A DNA stretch of 64,000 bases from an uncultured Gemmatimonadales bacterium (GCA_963851265.1 CAWKNZ010000002.1:512001-576000); one strand, 5' to 3'. Positions 44,557 to 55,009 are shown, counted from the first letter of the stretch. Program-made: numbers and translations. Notes: generated by a model not told the origin, from the sequence alone.

Positions 44557-45747
44557 GTGCGACGTACCCCAACGGGGCTCCGGCTCGTGCGTGGAGGAGG
44601 CGCCGACGAGGCGGCGGAACCGGCGCCGCACCCACTGACGACGCGCGGCGCGCAGCTTCTCGCGCCCCGCGGCTCGGCGAGCGGCGCGCCGCACGTCTGG
44701 GAGGAACTCGATCGCGCCGCCGCGTGGGTAAGTGACCACTGGACGGGCGACGCGCGTGAGGAGGTGCGCCACGCCTTGCGCGTGCTCTGCATCGCCCTCC
44801 GGAACGCCCCACATGATCCGGGCCCCGGCGGTGATCACGCACTCGGCGTGAGCGATCTGCCGTGGCGGGTGCCGGTGGCCGAGCTCGCCTGTCGTCTGCG
44901 GCGTCGGCTGGTCGAGCAGCTTCGCAGCGATGCTCTCCCGCTCGGCGCGGACGGTTCGGAGATCGCGCTCGGAATCGTCGCGACGCTCGACCGCGTCGAA
45001 TCGTCGGCCCGCGCCGACGGCGCGCGCTCAATCATGGATCAGCTCGGTGGGACGCACGCGCTCGAGTTGCTCGTCGAGGTTGCGCACGACATGCGCTCGC
45101 CCCTCGGCTCGATCCTGTTTCTCGTCGAGCGCTTGCGCGACGCGGGCGGGTTGGACGGGCCGCAAGCGCGACAGCTCGGGCTCGTGTACGGCGCCGCGTT
45201 CGGGCTCAGCACGGTCGTGAGCGACGTGATGGAGCTGGCCCGCGGGGGCGACCGGCTCGCCAGTGGCGCGAGCGCGGCTTTCGACGTCGGAGTGATCGTC
45301 GAGGACGTCCGGGCGATCGTCGCGCCGATCGCCGAGGAACGCGGGGTCGGGCTCGACGTGGTCGTCGGGGTGACGGGTCCGCGCGTGGGGCGCGCGACGG
45401 GGCTACAGCGCGTGCTCCTCAACCTCGTCACCAACGCGTTGAAATTCACGCCTGCCGGGACGGTGCAGGTCACCGTGCAGCCGGCGCCTGCCGAGCACGG
45501 GGCCGAGCGGGTGACGTTCACGGTCGCGGACTCGGGGCGCGGGATTCCGCCGAACGTGCTCGAGCAGCTGTTCCAGACGTTCCGCCGCGGGCCGGACATG
45601 CGGAGCCATGCGTTCTCGAGTGCGGGGCTCGGACTCGCAATCTGTCAGAAGCTGGTCGCTACGATGGGCGGCGAGCTTCAGGTGGAGTCGGCGATCGGAG
45701 AAGGCACGCAGTTCCGGTTCACGCTGGAGCTGCCCCGAGCTGGCTAG
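44557..45747 (+). CDS. Cytoplasmic histidine kinase
   Basis: AHDMRSPL, NLVTNALKFT, DSGRGI, AGLGL; no evident TM segment. Confidence 0.88.
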   Translation: MRRTPTGLRLVRGGGADEAAEPAPHPLTTRGAQLLAPRGSASGAPHVWEELDRAAAWVSDHWTGDAREEVRHALRVLCIALRNAPHDPGPGGDHALGVSDLPWRVPVAELACRLRRRLVEQLRSDALPLGADGSEIALGIVATLDRVESSARADGARSIMDQLGGTHALELLVEVAHDMRSPLGSILFLVERLRDAGGLDGPQARQLGLVYGAAFGLSTVVSDVMELARGGDRLASGASAAFDVGVIVEDVRAIVAPIAEERGVGLDVVVGVTGPRVGRATGLQRVLLNLVTNALKFTPAGTVQVTVQPAPAEHGAERVTFTVADSGRGIPPNVLEQLFQTFRRGPDMRSHAFSSAGLGLAICQKLVATMGGELQVESAIGEGTQFRFTLELPRAG

Positions 45748-45943
45748 CGGCGGTCGCTCGCGGCCGTGAGAGGAGGCCGTGAGTGGAGCCGGTCTTGTGG
45801 GCACGATGCTGGGCACCACCCCGGACTACCCGATCACGGTCCGGCTCGCCATTGTATGGCGGGAGCGGCGCCCGTGTCGCCGCAGGGCAGTGCGCGGGAG
45901 CGAGGCCGGCGCAGTGTGTAGCTCCCTCCTCGCGGGATCGAGC

Positions 45944-47212
45944 GTGTCAGCTACTGTCGTGCGGCCTCGCGCAGGTGCCCGTGCGTCTGAGCGCGGGCCT
46001 GCGCGGTCAGCCGACGCCCAAGTGGAGGCCGCGAACCGTCCGGCGCGCCGTGATCTCGCGCTCGACGGACTGCGGGGACTCGCCGCACTGTCCGTCGTGA
46101 TCCACCACGCCGTGCTTGCGCTACCGTGGAGCGGGGCGGCGATCTACGATCCCGCCGGGCGCTGGTCGTCGATCCCCGGAATCGGGCCACTGAACGTGGT
46201 GTGGGCGGGGCACGAAGCCGTGCTGCTGTTCTTCGTTCTGAGTGCGTTCGTGCTCGTCGTGCGGTACGGAGTGGCCCGCCGACGGGAGTACTGGGCGTAC
46301 GTCGCACAGCGCGTCCCGCGGCTGTACGTGCCGTATGCCGTGGCGGTCGGACTCTCGTGTGCGCTGCTCACGCTGTGGCACCCGCCGCGAGCGGCGGGCG
46401 TGAGCGCATGGTTCGGCGCGATGTGGTCCGATCCGGTCACGCCGTCCATGTTGTTCGACTTGGCAGTGATGCAAGCTGGCGCCGCTCACAACGTCGACAC
46501 CTCCACATGGAGCCTCGGCGTCGAAATGCGGTTCTCGCTGTTGCTGCCGCTGTTCGCGGCGGCGGCCGTTCGGCTTCCGCTCTGGCGCGGTATCGCCGGC
46601 GCGGTCGTGCTCGCCGGCGCGGTGCACTTTGCCACGGCACGTTGGGCGTGGACGAGCAGCGGGCTGTATTACGCCCCGGTCTTCCTCGCCGGTGCGATCC
46701 TGGCGACGCACCGAGATCGTGTCACGGCCGACGCCGCTCGCCTGTCCCGTGCGGCGGCCGCCGCGCTGCTCGTTGTCGCGCTCGTCTGTTACACGTGGCG
46801 TTGGGAGATCACCGCGTGGTGGCCGTACGTCGCGCGAGCGGTCGCGGGAGGCGCGCACCGCGGGTCGCCGCCCCGGCTTCTCGTAGCGACGCTCGCCGAC
46901 GTCGTTCCGGTGATCGGGAGCATGGGACTGATCGTGCTCGCCATCGGAAACGGCCTCGTACGGCACACGCTCGAGCGGCCATGGGCGGAGTGGCTCGGGC
47001 GCATCTCCTTCAGCCTCTACCTCGTGCATCCCCTGGTCCTGCTGACCGTCGTGCATGGGTTGAACGGGCTGGTGTCTCCAACGGCGGCCGTCGTGCTTGC
47101 CGTCCTGGCTTCGTTCCCGGCCGCCGTGGTCGCGTACCACGCGATCGAGCTCCCGAGCCATCGTCTCGCACGCGCTGCGGGTCGCTGGGCCGCGCGTAGG
47201 GTCACGCCGTGA
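45944..47212 (+). CDS. Acyltransferase-3 (OafA-like) membrane acyltransferase
   Basis: LDGLRGLAA..V..HH, FFVLS, WSLGVE, GRISFSLYLVH. Confidence 0.9.
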   Translation: MSATVVRPRAGARASERGPARSADAQVEAANRPARRDLALDGLRGLAALSVVIHHAVLALPWSGAAIYDPAGRWSSIPGIGPLNVVWAGHEAVLLFFVLSAFVLVVRYGVARRREYWAYVAQRVPRLYVPYAVAVGLSCALLTLWHPPRAAGVSAWFGAMWSDPVTPSMLFDLAVMQAGAAHNVDTSTWSLGVEMRFSLLLPLFAAAAVRLPLWRGIAGAVVLAGAVHFATARWAWTSSGLYYAPVFLAGAILATHRDRVTADAARLSRAAAAALLVVALVCYTWRWEITAWWPYVARAVAGGAHRGSPPRLLVATLADVVPVIGSMGLIVLAIGNGLVRHTLERPWAEWLGRISFSLYLVHPLVLLTVVHGLNGLVSPTAAVVLAVLASFPAAVVAYHAIELPSHRLARAAGRWAARRVTP

Positions 47213-47341
47213 GCCGTACCTGGTGGAAAGCAGTGCTCGCGGTGCGCGGCGAACCCGGCACGGTCCAGGGCATGGCTGCGTACATTTTCTTGCATGATGC
47301 GTCAGCGAAACATCCCGGCCGACTCGCGTCCCGAGCGCTCG

Positions 47342-47839
47342 GTGGCGCACCCCGGCTACTGGCTCGTCAAGTCCGAGCCGACCTCGTTCAGCTTCGACGA
47401 CCTTCTCGCGGCGCCAGCTCGAACGACTCTGTGGGACGGCGTCCGTAACTATCAGGCGCGCAACTACATGCGTGACGGCATGCGTCCGGGCGACGGCGTG
47501 CTGTTCTACCACTCGAACACGCACCCGGTGGGTGTGGCCGGTTTGGCGGAGGTCGCGTCGACCGCGCGGCCCGACCCGACCGCGTTCGACCCCGCGCACG
47601 CCGCGTACGACGCGAAGAGTCGCCCCGAGGCGCCGACGTGGGTGGGGGTAGAGATCCGCGGCGTCGAGCGATTCGCGGAGGTGGTGCCGCTCGCGGCCCT
47701 GCATGCGGACCCGGCGTGCTCGAGCTTGCAGGCGTTGCGGCGCGGCAACCGGTTGAGTGTGACGCCGGTTTCCGAATCGGAGTGGAACGCGGTGTGCCGC
47801 CTTGGACGTCGCGGCGCCGCCGGTTCGGGCCGTGCATAG
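47342..47839 (+). CDS. EVE domain protein
   Basis: YWLVKSEP, WDGVRNYQARN, FYHS, RLSV. Confidence 0.92.
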   Translation: MAHPGYWLVKSEPTSFSFDDLLAAPARTTLWDGVRNYQARNYMRDGMRPGDGVLFYHSNTHPVGVAGLAEVASTARPDPTAFDPAHAAYDAKSRPEAPTWVGVEIRGVERFAEVVPLAALHADPACSSLQALRRGNRLSVTPVSESEWNAVCRLGRRGAAGSGRA

Positions 47840-47900
47840 CTTAGACGGTCCGGAATTCAGCGCTGCGCATCCGGGCGCGCACTCCCAACGAGAGAACGGC

Positions 47901-49301
47901 ATGAGCCAGACGGATACGACCACGACGGCGGCGGGCGGCGCTTCCTCTTCGACGAACGGCACCCCGGGGGCGCTGGAACTGCGCGACCCGCGCACGGATC
48001 AGCAGGTCTCGTTGACGCTGCTCCCGCGAGGGACGGAGGGCGACGAGGCGGTGCGCGCGTCGGACCTGCGCAACGTGAAGCTCGCGGCGGGCGACTTCGG
48101 CGTGATGAGCTACGACCCGGCATTCATGAACACGGCGTCGTGCAAGAGCGCGATCACGTTCATCGACGGCGACCAGGGAATCCTGCGCTACCGCGGGTAT
48201 CCGATCGAGCAGCTGGCCGAGAGTTCGACGTTCCTCGAGGTCGCGTACCTGCTGCGGAACGGCGAGCTACCGGATCAGGGCGAGTATCAGAAGTGGACGC
48301 ACGACATCACGTACCACACGTACGTCCACGAGAACATCAAGCGTTTCCTGGAAGGCTTCCGCCACGACGCGCACCCGATGGCGATGCTGTGCAGCGCGGT
48401 GGCGGCGCTGTCGTCGTTCTACCCGGAAGCGAAGAACATCTTCGACCCGGAGGAGCGCTACCGCTCGATCATCCGCCTACTGGCGAAGTTGCCGACCGTG
48501 GCCGCGATGATCTACCGGCACATGAAGGGCATGCCGGTCGTGTATCCCGACAACTCGCTCAACTACACGGAGAACTACCTGTCGATGGTGGCGCGGATGA
48601 GCGAGCCGCGCTACGAGGCGAACCCGGTGTTCTCGCGCGCGCTGGAGGTGCTGTTCATCCTCCACGCGGACCACGAGCAGAACTGCTCGACCAGCGCGGT
48701 GCGGGCCGTGGGTTCGTCGCACGTCGATCCTTTCTCGGCGGTCGCGGCTGGGATCGCGGCGCTGTACGGGCCGCTCCACGGCGGGGCGAACGAGGCGGTG
48801 CTGCGGATGATCGAGGAGATCGGGCATCCGAAGAACGTGCCCGCCTTCATCGACGACGTGAAGAGCGGGAAGGGAAGCCGCCTCATGGGCTTCGGGCACC
48901 GGGTGTACAAGAGCTACGACCCGCGGGCGCGCATCGTGAAGGGGCTGGCGGACGAGGTGTTCGCGCAGGTCGGGATGGACAAGGACCTGGAGATCGCCCT
49001 GGAGCTGGAGCGGGTGGCGCTGAGCGACGATTATTTCGTGTCGCGTAAGCTCTATCCGAACGTGGACTTCTACACCGGGCTGATCTACCGCTCGATGGCG
49101 TTTCCGACGTCGTACTTCACGGTGCTGTTCGCCGTCGCGCGCGCGGCGGGGTGGCTGGCGCAGTGGGAGGAAATGCTGCTCGACAAGGAGCAGAAGATCG
49201 CGCGGCCGCGGCAGATCTACGTGGGGCCGGCAGAGCGCAATTACGAGACGCGGCTGACGGACAAGTTCCCGGCGGCGCGGAAGGATTCGATCCGGAAGTG
49301 A
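47901..49301 (+). CDS. gltA: Citrate synthase
   Basis: LRYRGYPI, HADHEQNCST, GPLHGGANE, GFGHRVYK, YPNVDFY. Confidence 0.96.
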   Translation: MSQTDTTTTAAGGASSSTNGTPGALELRDPRTDQQVSLTLLPRGTEGDEAVRASDLRNVKLAAGDFGVMSYDPAFMNTASCKSAITFIDGDQGILRYRGYPIEQLAESSTFLEVAYLLRNGELPDQGEYQKWTHDITYHTYVHENIKRFLEGFRHDAHPMAMLCSAVAALSSFYPEAKNIFDPEERYRSIIRLLAKLPTVAAMIYRHMKGMPVVYPDNSLNYTENYLSMVARMSEPRYEANPVFSRALEVLFILHADHEQNCSTSAVRAVGSSHVDPFSAVAAGIAALYGPLHGGANEAVLRMIEEIGHPKNVPAFIDDVKSGKGSRLMGFGHRVYKSYDPRARIVKGLADEVFAQVGMDKDLEIALELERVALSDDYFVSRKLYPNVDFYTGLIYRSMAFPTSYFTVLFAVARAAGWLAQWEEMLLDKEQKIARPRQIYVGPAERNYETRLTDKFPAARKDSIRK

Positions 49302-49332
49302 CGGCGTCAGGTTTCGACCGTCCGTTTCGCGG

Positions 49333-50091
49333 ATGAACATTCGCCGCCGCGTCGCCCTCTCGAACCACCCGCTCGGGGTCGCCGCCCGCCGCGCGTACCG
49401 GTCGTCGCTGAAAGTGCACGTTCCGGTACCGCGGCTGCTCGGCCGCGCGCTGCGCGTCGTCCACCATTCGGTGCGCGGCACGTACTACGGGGCGTACCGC
49501 CTTTTCGTGTGCGAGCCGCTCCTGCGCGCTGCCTCGACGTCGTACGGCCGGAACCTGCGGGGTGGAACGTTCATCCCGTGGGTGGTGGGCGGGGGCGACC
49601 TCGTGTTCGGCGACGACTGCGTGGTCGTCGGGAAGCTGAACGTGTGGTTCGCCACGCGTTTCTCGGACCGCCCAACGTTGACGATCGGTAACCGCACCGG
49701 GATCGGTCACGATTGCGCGTTCACCGTGGCGAAAGGGATCACGATCGGCGATGATTGCCACATCGCCGGCGGGACGCGGATGTTCGATTCGAGCGGGCAC
49801 CCGCTCGACCCGGAACGCCGACGTCTCGGCGAGCCGCCCGACGACGCCGACGTGAAGCCGATCACGATTGGCAACAACGTGTGGATCGGAGCGTACTCCA
49901 CGGTTTTTCCGGGCGTGACGATCGGCGAGAACAGCGTCGTCGCGACCGGGTCGGTGGTCACGGGCGACGTGCCGCCCAACACGCTCGTGGCCGGGTACCC
50001 GGCTCGACAGATCAAGAAGCTCGACGCCGCGGCGCCGCCCGCGACACCGTCATCGACGCGCCCGCACGTGGGCAGCCTGACACCCGCCTAA
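49333..50091 (+). CDS. Hexapeptide-repeat (LbH) acyltransferase
   Basis: ITIGDDC, IGNNVWIG, GVTIGENSVV, AGYPA. Confidence 0.88.
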   Translation: MNIRRRVALSNHPLGVAARRAYRSSLKVHVPVPRLLGRALRVVHHSVRGTYYGAYRLFVCEPLLRAASTSYGRNLRGGTFIPWVVGGGDLVFGDDCVVVGKLNVWFATRFSDRPTLTIGNRTGIGHDCAFTVAKGITIGDDCHIAGGTRMFDSSGHPLDPERRRLGEPPDDADVKPITIGNNVWIGAYSTVFPGVTIGENSVVATGSVVTGDVPPNTLVAGYPARQIKKLDAAAPPATPSSTRPHVGSLTPA

Positions 50092-50105
50092 CCAGGCAAC
50101 CACAA

Positions 50106-50336
50106 ATGGAATCAGAAATCGATCGCATCGTCGCAATCGTCAAGCGAGTCGGCGAGATCGACGCGCTGGCGCCCGACCAGGATTTCTACCGCGCCGGTGT
50201 CGACTCGATGAAGGCGATGGACGTAATGCTCGACCTCGAGACGGAGTTTGGCGTCGCCGTGCCGGACGACAAGTTCGTCAAGGCGCGCACGCCCGAAGCG
50301 CTGCTGGCCCTCGTGCACGAGTTGCAGGCCGCCTGA
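50106..50336 (+). CDS. Acyl carrier protein
   Basis: 76 aa and acidic; GVDSM phosphopantetheine motif; LETEFGV. Confidence 0.85.
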   Translation: MESEIDRIVAIVKRVGEIDALAPDQDFYRAGVDSMKAMDVMLDLETEFGVAVPDDKFVKARTPEALLALVHELQAA

Positions 50337-50383
50337 CACCGTGCGGCGTCCCGCCACGCCGCGCAGCGCCTGCTCTGCTCCGC

Positions 50384-51154
50384 ATGATCAATCTTCGACG
50401 CGCGATCGCTCTGGGCGAGACGCCACTGACGCGCTCAGCGCGGCGTCTGTATCGGGGGTTCCGGCGGTTCCACCTTCCTGTTCCGCGCGCGATCGGCCGT
50501 CCGCTGTTTCTTACCTTCCGAGCACTCCGCGGTGCGTACTACGGGGGGTACCGGCTGCTCGTGTGCGAGCCGCTTTTCAAGGCCGCGTGCAGGTCGTACG
50601 GGCGGAACGTGCAGACGGGCGTATTCGTGCACTTCGTGCTTGGTGACGGCGACATCGTCGTTGGCAGCGATACGCTGGTCGACGGAAAGAGCAGTTTCGT
50701 GTTCGGCGCACGTTTCGCCGAACGGCCGACGCTATCGATCGGAGCGCGCACGTACGTTGGACACGATTGCACGTTTTCGACGTCCAAACAGATCAGCATT
50801 GGCGACGATTGCTACATCGCTTCGGGTTGCCACTTTCTCGACTCGCCGGGTCATCCGCTGGACCCCGGCCGCCGGCTCGCGCATCTACCACCTGATCCTG
50901 AGCAGGTCCGAGAGGTCGCAGTCGGCAACAACGTGTGGATCGGAACGCAGGCCATGATCATGCCGGGGGTGACGATCGGCGAGGGAAGTGTCGTCGCGGC
51001 CCGCGCGGTCGTGACTTCTGACGTTCCGGCGTACACGCTCGTCGGCGGCGTGCCGGCGCGTGCGCTGAAAACGCTCGCCCCTATCGACGAGTCTCGGGCG
51101 CCGGCCAACGCGCCGTCCGCGGGACGCGATCAGGCGCACGCTCACATCGCATAA
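50384..51154 (+). CDS. Hexapeptide-repeat (LbH) acyltransferase (paralog of 49333)
   Basis: Same architecture as 49333; both share CEPL..A..SYGRN and GHPLDP.RR. Confidence 0.88.
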   Translation: MINLRRAIALGETPLTRSARRLYRGFRRFHLPVPRAIGRPLFLTFRALRGAYYGGYRLLVCEPLFKAACRSYGRNVQTGVFVHFVLGDGDIVVGSDTLVDGKSSFVFGARFAERPTLSIGARTYVGHDCTFSTSKQISIGDDCYIASGCHFLDSPGHPLDPGRRLAHLPPDPEQVREVAVGNNVWIGTQAMIMPGVTIGEGSVVAARAVVTSDVPAYTLVGGVPARALKTLAPIDESRAPANAPSAGRDQAHAHIA

Positions 51155-51168
51155 GTAGAGGGCGGATT

Positions 51169-52191
51169 ATGGACGCGTTCGTTACCGCGCTGACGTACGT
51201 GCTCCCGGAGAAGGTGGTCACCAACGACGACCTTCAGGCGGAGAACACGGATTGGGACATGGCGCGCATCGGCGGCAAGGTCGGCATCACGAGGCGACAC
51301 ATCGCGGCCGAGGACGAGACGTCGTCAGATCTCGCGTACGAAGCCGGCCGCAAGCTGCTCGACGCGACCGGGATCGATCGGGCGAGTATCGACTGCCTGA
51401 TCTTCTGCACGCAAACGCCCGACCACGTGTTGCCGACAAGCGCGTGCATCCTCCAACAGAGACTCGGGCTGGGTACGCACGTCGCGGCGTTCGATTTCAA
51501 CCAGGGTTGTTCGGGCTACATCTACGGGCTCGGGATCGCGAAGGCGTTCATCGCGGCGGGGATGGCGAAGCGCGTCCTGTTTCTGACGGGCGAGACGTAC
51601 TCGAAACTCGTTCACCCGCGCGACCGGACCGTGCGCGTGCTGTTCGGCGACGCGGGGTCGGCGACGCTCATCACCGCCGAACCCGGCGGTGCGCGCATCG
51701 GGGCCGTACGTCTCGGGTCCGACGGCAGCGGGGCGGAGAATCTGATGGTTCGCGCTGGCGGCTTCAGGCGCGCGCGCACGGCGGCGACGAGCGTCGAAAC
51801 GACGGACGAGATCGGGTGCACGCGCACTGACGAGCACCTATTCATGGACGGCCAGGCGATCACCGTGTTCGCGCTGCAGCGCGTCCCGCTACTGATCGAC
51901 GAGACGCTCAAGGAGGCGGGACTCGCTCCGGACGCGGTCGACCATTTCGTGTTTCACCAGGCGAACGCGTTCATGAACGAGCGCCTACGAACGCGACTGA
52001 AAGTGCCTGCCGAGAAGGTGCCGACTTTCATGGAGTCGGTCGGCAACACGGTCGTGAACACGATCCCGATCGTTCTGCGCGAGTCGGGCGCACGATTCAC
52101 GGCTGGTCAGCGCGTTCTCGCCGTGGGTTTCGGCGTCGGCTATTCGTGGGGTGCGGCGGTGTTGGACTGGGGCGACGTCCAGCTGGTGTAG
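51169..52191 (+). CDS. fabH: Beta-ketoacyl-ACP synthase III family protein
   Basis: GITRRH, QGCSGY (Cys), FGDAG, FHQAN (His), GNT (Asn), GFGVGYSWG. Probably a specialised paralog. Confidence 0.88.
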   Translation: MDAFVTALTYVLPEKVVTNDDLQAENTDWDMARIGGKVGITRRHIAAEDETSSDLAYEAGRKLLDATGIDRASIDCLIFCTQTPDHVLPTSACILQQRLGLGTHVAAFDFNQGCSGYIYGLGIAKAFIAAGMAKRVLFLTGETYSKLVHPRDRTVRVLFGDAGSATLITAEPGGARIGAVRLGSDGSGAENLMVRAGGFRRARTAATSVETTDEIGCTRTDEHLFMDGQAITVFALQRVPLLIDETLKEAGLAPDAVDHFVFHQANAFMNERLRTRLKVPAEKVPTFMESVGNTVVNTIPIVLRESGARFTAGQRVLAVGFGVGYSWGAAVLDWGDVQLV

Positions 52192-52945
52192 TCCCCGCGG
52201 GAGCATCGGAGGCGCTGCGTTCATCGCGCCGCGATGCGGCGGGGCACCCGAGCGCCGCGTGCGTCGCGCACTGCGGCCGGACGGGGCACAGTTCGCAACG
52301 CCGCACCCGAGCCGTGCAGACGATCGCGCCGAGTTCCATCAGCGCCTGGTTGTGCGTCCAGGCGGCGCGGCCGGTCCGCGGTAAAATGATTTCGGCGAGG
52401 CGCCAGATCCGCGCGAGGTCGCGCGGCCGCTTGGGGTCAAGCTCGGGTGCGAATACGCGCGCGAGCACCCGGCCGACGTTCGTGTCGACGAGCGCGGTAC
52501 GGCGTTCGTAGGCGAAGCTGGCCACGGCGCCCGCGGTGTACGCGCCGACGCCCGGCAGTTGCCGGAGAGCCGCGGGTTCGGCGGGGATGTCGCCGTGGCC
52601 GGAAGCGTTGGTCACCTGGCGCGCGAGCGCGTGCAGATTGCGGGCGCGCGCGTAATACCCGAGGCCGGCCCACGCGCCGGTCACGTGCTCGACCGGGGCT
52701 TCGGCCACGTGGCCTAACGTGGGGAAGCGCTCGAGGAATCGCGCGTAGTAGTCGACCACGCGCGCGACCTGAGTTTGCTGGAGCATGAATTCCGAGACGA
52801 TGACGCGGTACGGGTCGCGCGTCTGGCGCCACGGCAGGTCCCGGCCCGACTGGCGGAACCACGCGCGCAGGCGGCGGCCGAAGGCCTGGGCTCGGACGGC
52901 GTCGATCGCGGGCTCGTCGCCCGGGCGGACGCCGCGTCGGCTCAC
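52097..52945 (-). CDS. mutY: A/G-specific adenine glycosylase (short form)
   Basis: RDLPWR, SEFMLQQTQV, GLGYYARARNL, LPGVGAYTA, VDTNV, Fe-S motif CX6CX2CX5C; GTGA overlap with the upstream gene. Confidence 0.88.
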   Translation of the reverse strand: MSRRGVRPGDEPAIDAVRAQAFGRRLRAWFRQSGRDLPWRQTRDPYRVIVSEFMLQQTQVARVVDYYARFLERFPTLGHVAEAPVEHVTGAWAGLGYYARARNLHALARQVTNASGHGDIPAEPAALRQLPGVGAYTAGAVASFAYERRTALVDTNVGRVLARVFAPELDPKRPRDLARIWRLAEIILPRTGRAAWTHNQALMELGAIVCTARVRRCELCPVRPQCATHAALGCPAASRRDERSASDAPAGTTPAGRRPSPTPPHPTNSRRRNPRRERADQP

Positions 52946-53565
52946 GCCGGCTCGGAGGCCTGAGCGGCGCCGGGCACCCGCTTCACGACACGCGCCGGGT
53001 TTCCGGCGATGATCGAGTCCGCCGGGTACGTACCGGCGCAGACGGCCCCGTAGCCCACGACCGAGTTGCGCCCGATGCGCGTTCCGGGCAGGACCCCCAC
53101 GGCGGAGCCGAGCCACACGTTCTCGTCGAGCACGACCGGCGAGACGCGGACGGGGGCGTCCGGGTTGTGCCGGTCGACGTGCGTGCTGTGGGCGTTCGTG
53201 TCGGCGATCGACGCGTCGCTCAGGATCGCGCGCGGGCCGATCGTGATACGTTCGCTGCAGCCGAACCGCGTACCGTTGAGGTAGCTGTGGCTGCCGATCT
53301 CGATGACGGCGTCGCGCGTGTTGGTCCACGGCGTGACGACGCGTTCGATGTTGACGTGGTCGCCGAACACGACGCGGCCGGGCCCGCGGATGACGAGTCG
53401 GCCCGCGACGCGGAAGTGCTTGCCCGCCGACACGCGACGGCCGAGCGCCCTACACCAGAGAATCGTCCATCGACCGCGGGCCAGTGCGACGACTTCTGTT
53501 ATCGCCGCACCCGGGTTGGCGAGCCCTTTCCTGAACTTCGATCGCTTCGGTCGAACGTTGCTCAC
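52942..53565 (-). CDS. Hexapeptide-repeat (LbH) acyltransferase
   Basis: DTNAH, ENVWLG, GTRIGRNSVVG, AGNPA. Confidence 0.85.
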   Translation of the reverse strand: MSNVRPKRSKFRKGLANPGAAITEVVALARGRWTILWCRALGRRVSAGKHFRVAGRLVIRGPGRVVFGDHVNIERVVTPWTNTRDAVIEIGSHSYLNGTRFGCSERITIGPRAILSDASIADTNAHSTHVDRHNPDAPVRVSPVVLDENVWLGSAVGVLPGTRIGRNSVVGYGAVCAGTYPADSIIAGNPARVVKRVPGAAQASEPA

Positions 53566-54845
53566 TGCACCGTCTTGGTTTTGCGCCGCAGGAAGTCCAT
53601 CAGCACGAACTGGCCTAACGTCATCGTGCTCGTGAAGTACGCCTTCCCCCGCGCGATCTCGCTCACCCGCTTCACGAACTCGACGAGCGACCGGTCGCGC
53701 GCGAGCATGAACGTGTTGATCATGATCCCCGCCCGCCGGCAGTCGGCGACCTCCTTCAGCGTCTCGGCCAGCACGCCCGCGTCGAGTCCCATCGGATTCT
53801 TGTAGATCATCCCGTTCGGCAGCGTGAGCGCGCTCGGCTTGCCGTCGGTGATCATCACGATCTGGCGCATGTCCTTCTTCTGCGCCTGCAGGATGCGCCG
53901 GGCGAGTTTCAGGCCCTCGGCGGTGTTCGTGTGGTACGGGCCGACCTGCGCGTGCGCGAGCTGCGAGATCGGGATCTCTTCGGCCGAATCGTGGAAGAGC
54001 ACCACGCGGACCGTGTCTCCGGGAAACTGCGTGCGGATCAGGTGCGCCAGCGCGAGGGCGACCTTCTTGGCCGGGGTGAAGCGGTCCTCGCCGTAGAGAA
54101 TCATCGAGTGCGACGTGTCGAGCATGAGCACCGTCGCGCAGCTCGAGCGGTACTCGGCCTGGCGCACCATGAGGTCCGGGTAGTCGAGGTCCATCGGGAC
54201 CTCGATCTTGCCCGTGCGCGCGAGCGAGTTCTTGAGCGTCTCGTTGATGTCGAGGTTCATCACGTCGCCGAACTCGTACGGCTTGCTGAAGCCGTCGCTC
54301 TCGATGCCCGTCGACAGGTACGGCGTGTCGTGGCTGCCGACGCTGCTCTTCCCGAGGCTGCCTAACAGGTGGCGGAGCGTCTTGTAGCCGAGGAAGTCGA
54401 TGCCCTTGTCCGTGAGGTTGAACTGGACGTCCTTGCTCGCCGCGTGGCCGACCGAGCCCTTGCCCGTGACCGGCTGCTGCGCGCCGGGCATCTGCGGGGC
54501 GGGGCCGTCGGTCTTGAGGAACCCCTCGCTCACGAGGCGCTGCACGAGCTGGTCGAGCAGTTCGGCGAGCTTGGCGTTCGCGTCGTCGTCGCCGTCGCCG
54601 CGGAGCGCCTCGAGCATCTCCGGGGTGAACTGGCCGCTCTCGAGCAGGGCGTCGAGGATGGCCTGCTTCAGCCCGTCGAGCGACCGGTCGGCATCCTCGC
54701 CCGTCTCACCCCAGAACGGGTGCGACTGCGCACCGCCGGCGAAGCCGGAGTCGAGCAGGAAACCGGCGAGCTTGTCGAGCAGCGACTGCAGGTCGACCGC
54801 GTCGGCGATCTCGGGGCTGTACTTCGTGTACGTGTGGAAACGCAT
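53562..54845 (-). CDS. vWA (MIDAS) domain protein
   Basis: DTSHSM MIDAS motif, TNT, ITDGKP. Confidence 0.88.
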   Translation of the reverse strand: MRFHTYTKYSPEIADAVDLQSLLDKLAGFLLDSGFAGGAQSHPFWGETGEDADRSLDGLKQAILDALLESGQFTPEMLEALRGDGDDDANAKLAELLDQLVQRLVSEGFLKTDGPAPQMPGAQQPVTGKGSVGHAASKDVQFNLTDKGIDFLGYKTLRHLLGSLGKSSVGSHDTPYLSTGIESDGFSKPYEFGDVMNLDINETLKNSLARTGKIEVPMDLDYPDLMVRQAEYRSSCATVLMLDTSHSMILYGEDRFTPAKKVALALAHLIRTQFPGDTVRVVLFHDSAEEIPISQLAHAQVGPYHTNTAEGLKLARRILQAQKKDMRQIVMITDGKPSALTLPNGMIYKNPMGLDAGVLAETLKEVADCRRAGIMINTFMLARDRSLVEFVKRVSEIARGKAYFTSTMTLGQFVLMDFLRRKTKTVQ

Positions 54846-55009
54846 CGACGGCGGCTCGCGACGGGGGCGGAAAGGCGAGAACGGAAGCTACTGCGTGCTA
54901 CCCGGGTGCGGCGCGGAGGTGCGGCGGGCGGCAAGACCGCCGCTGCGCGCGGAGGATCGCGGACCGCTGCAGTCGCGTTTCCGCGTCGCGCCGGGGACCC
55001 GCGCGGTGG

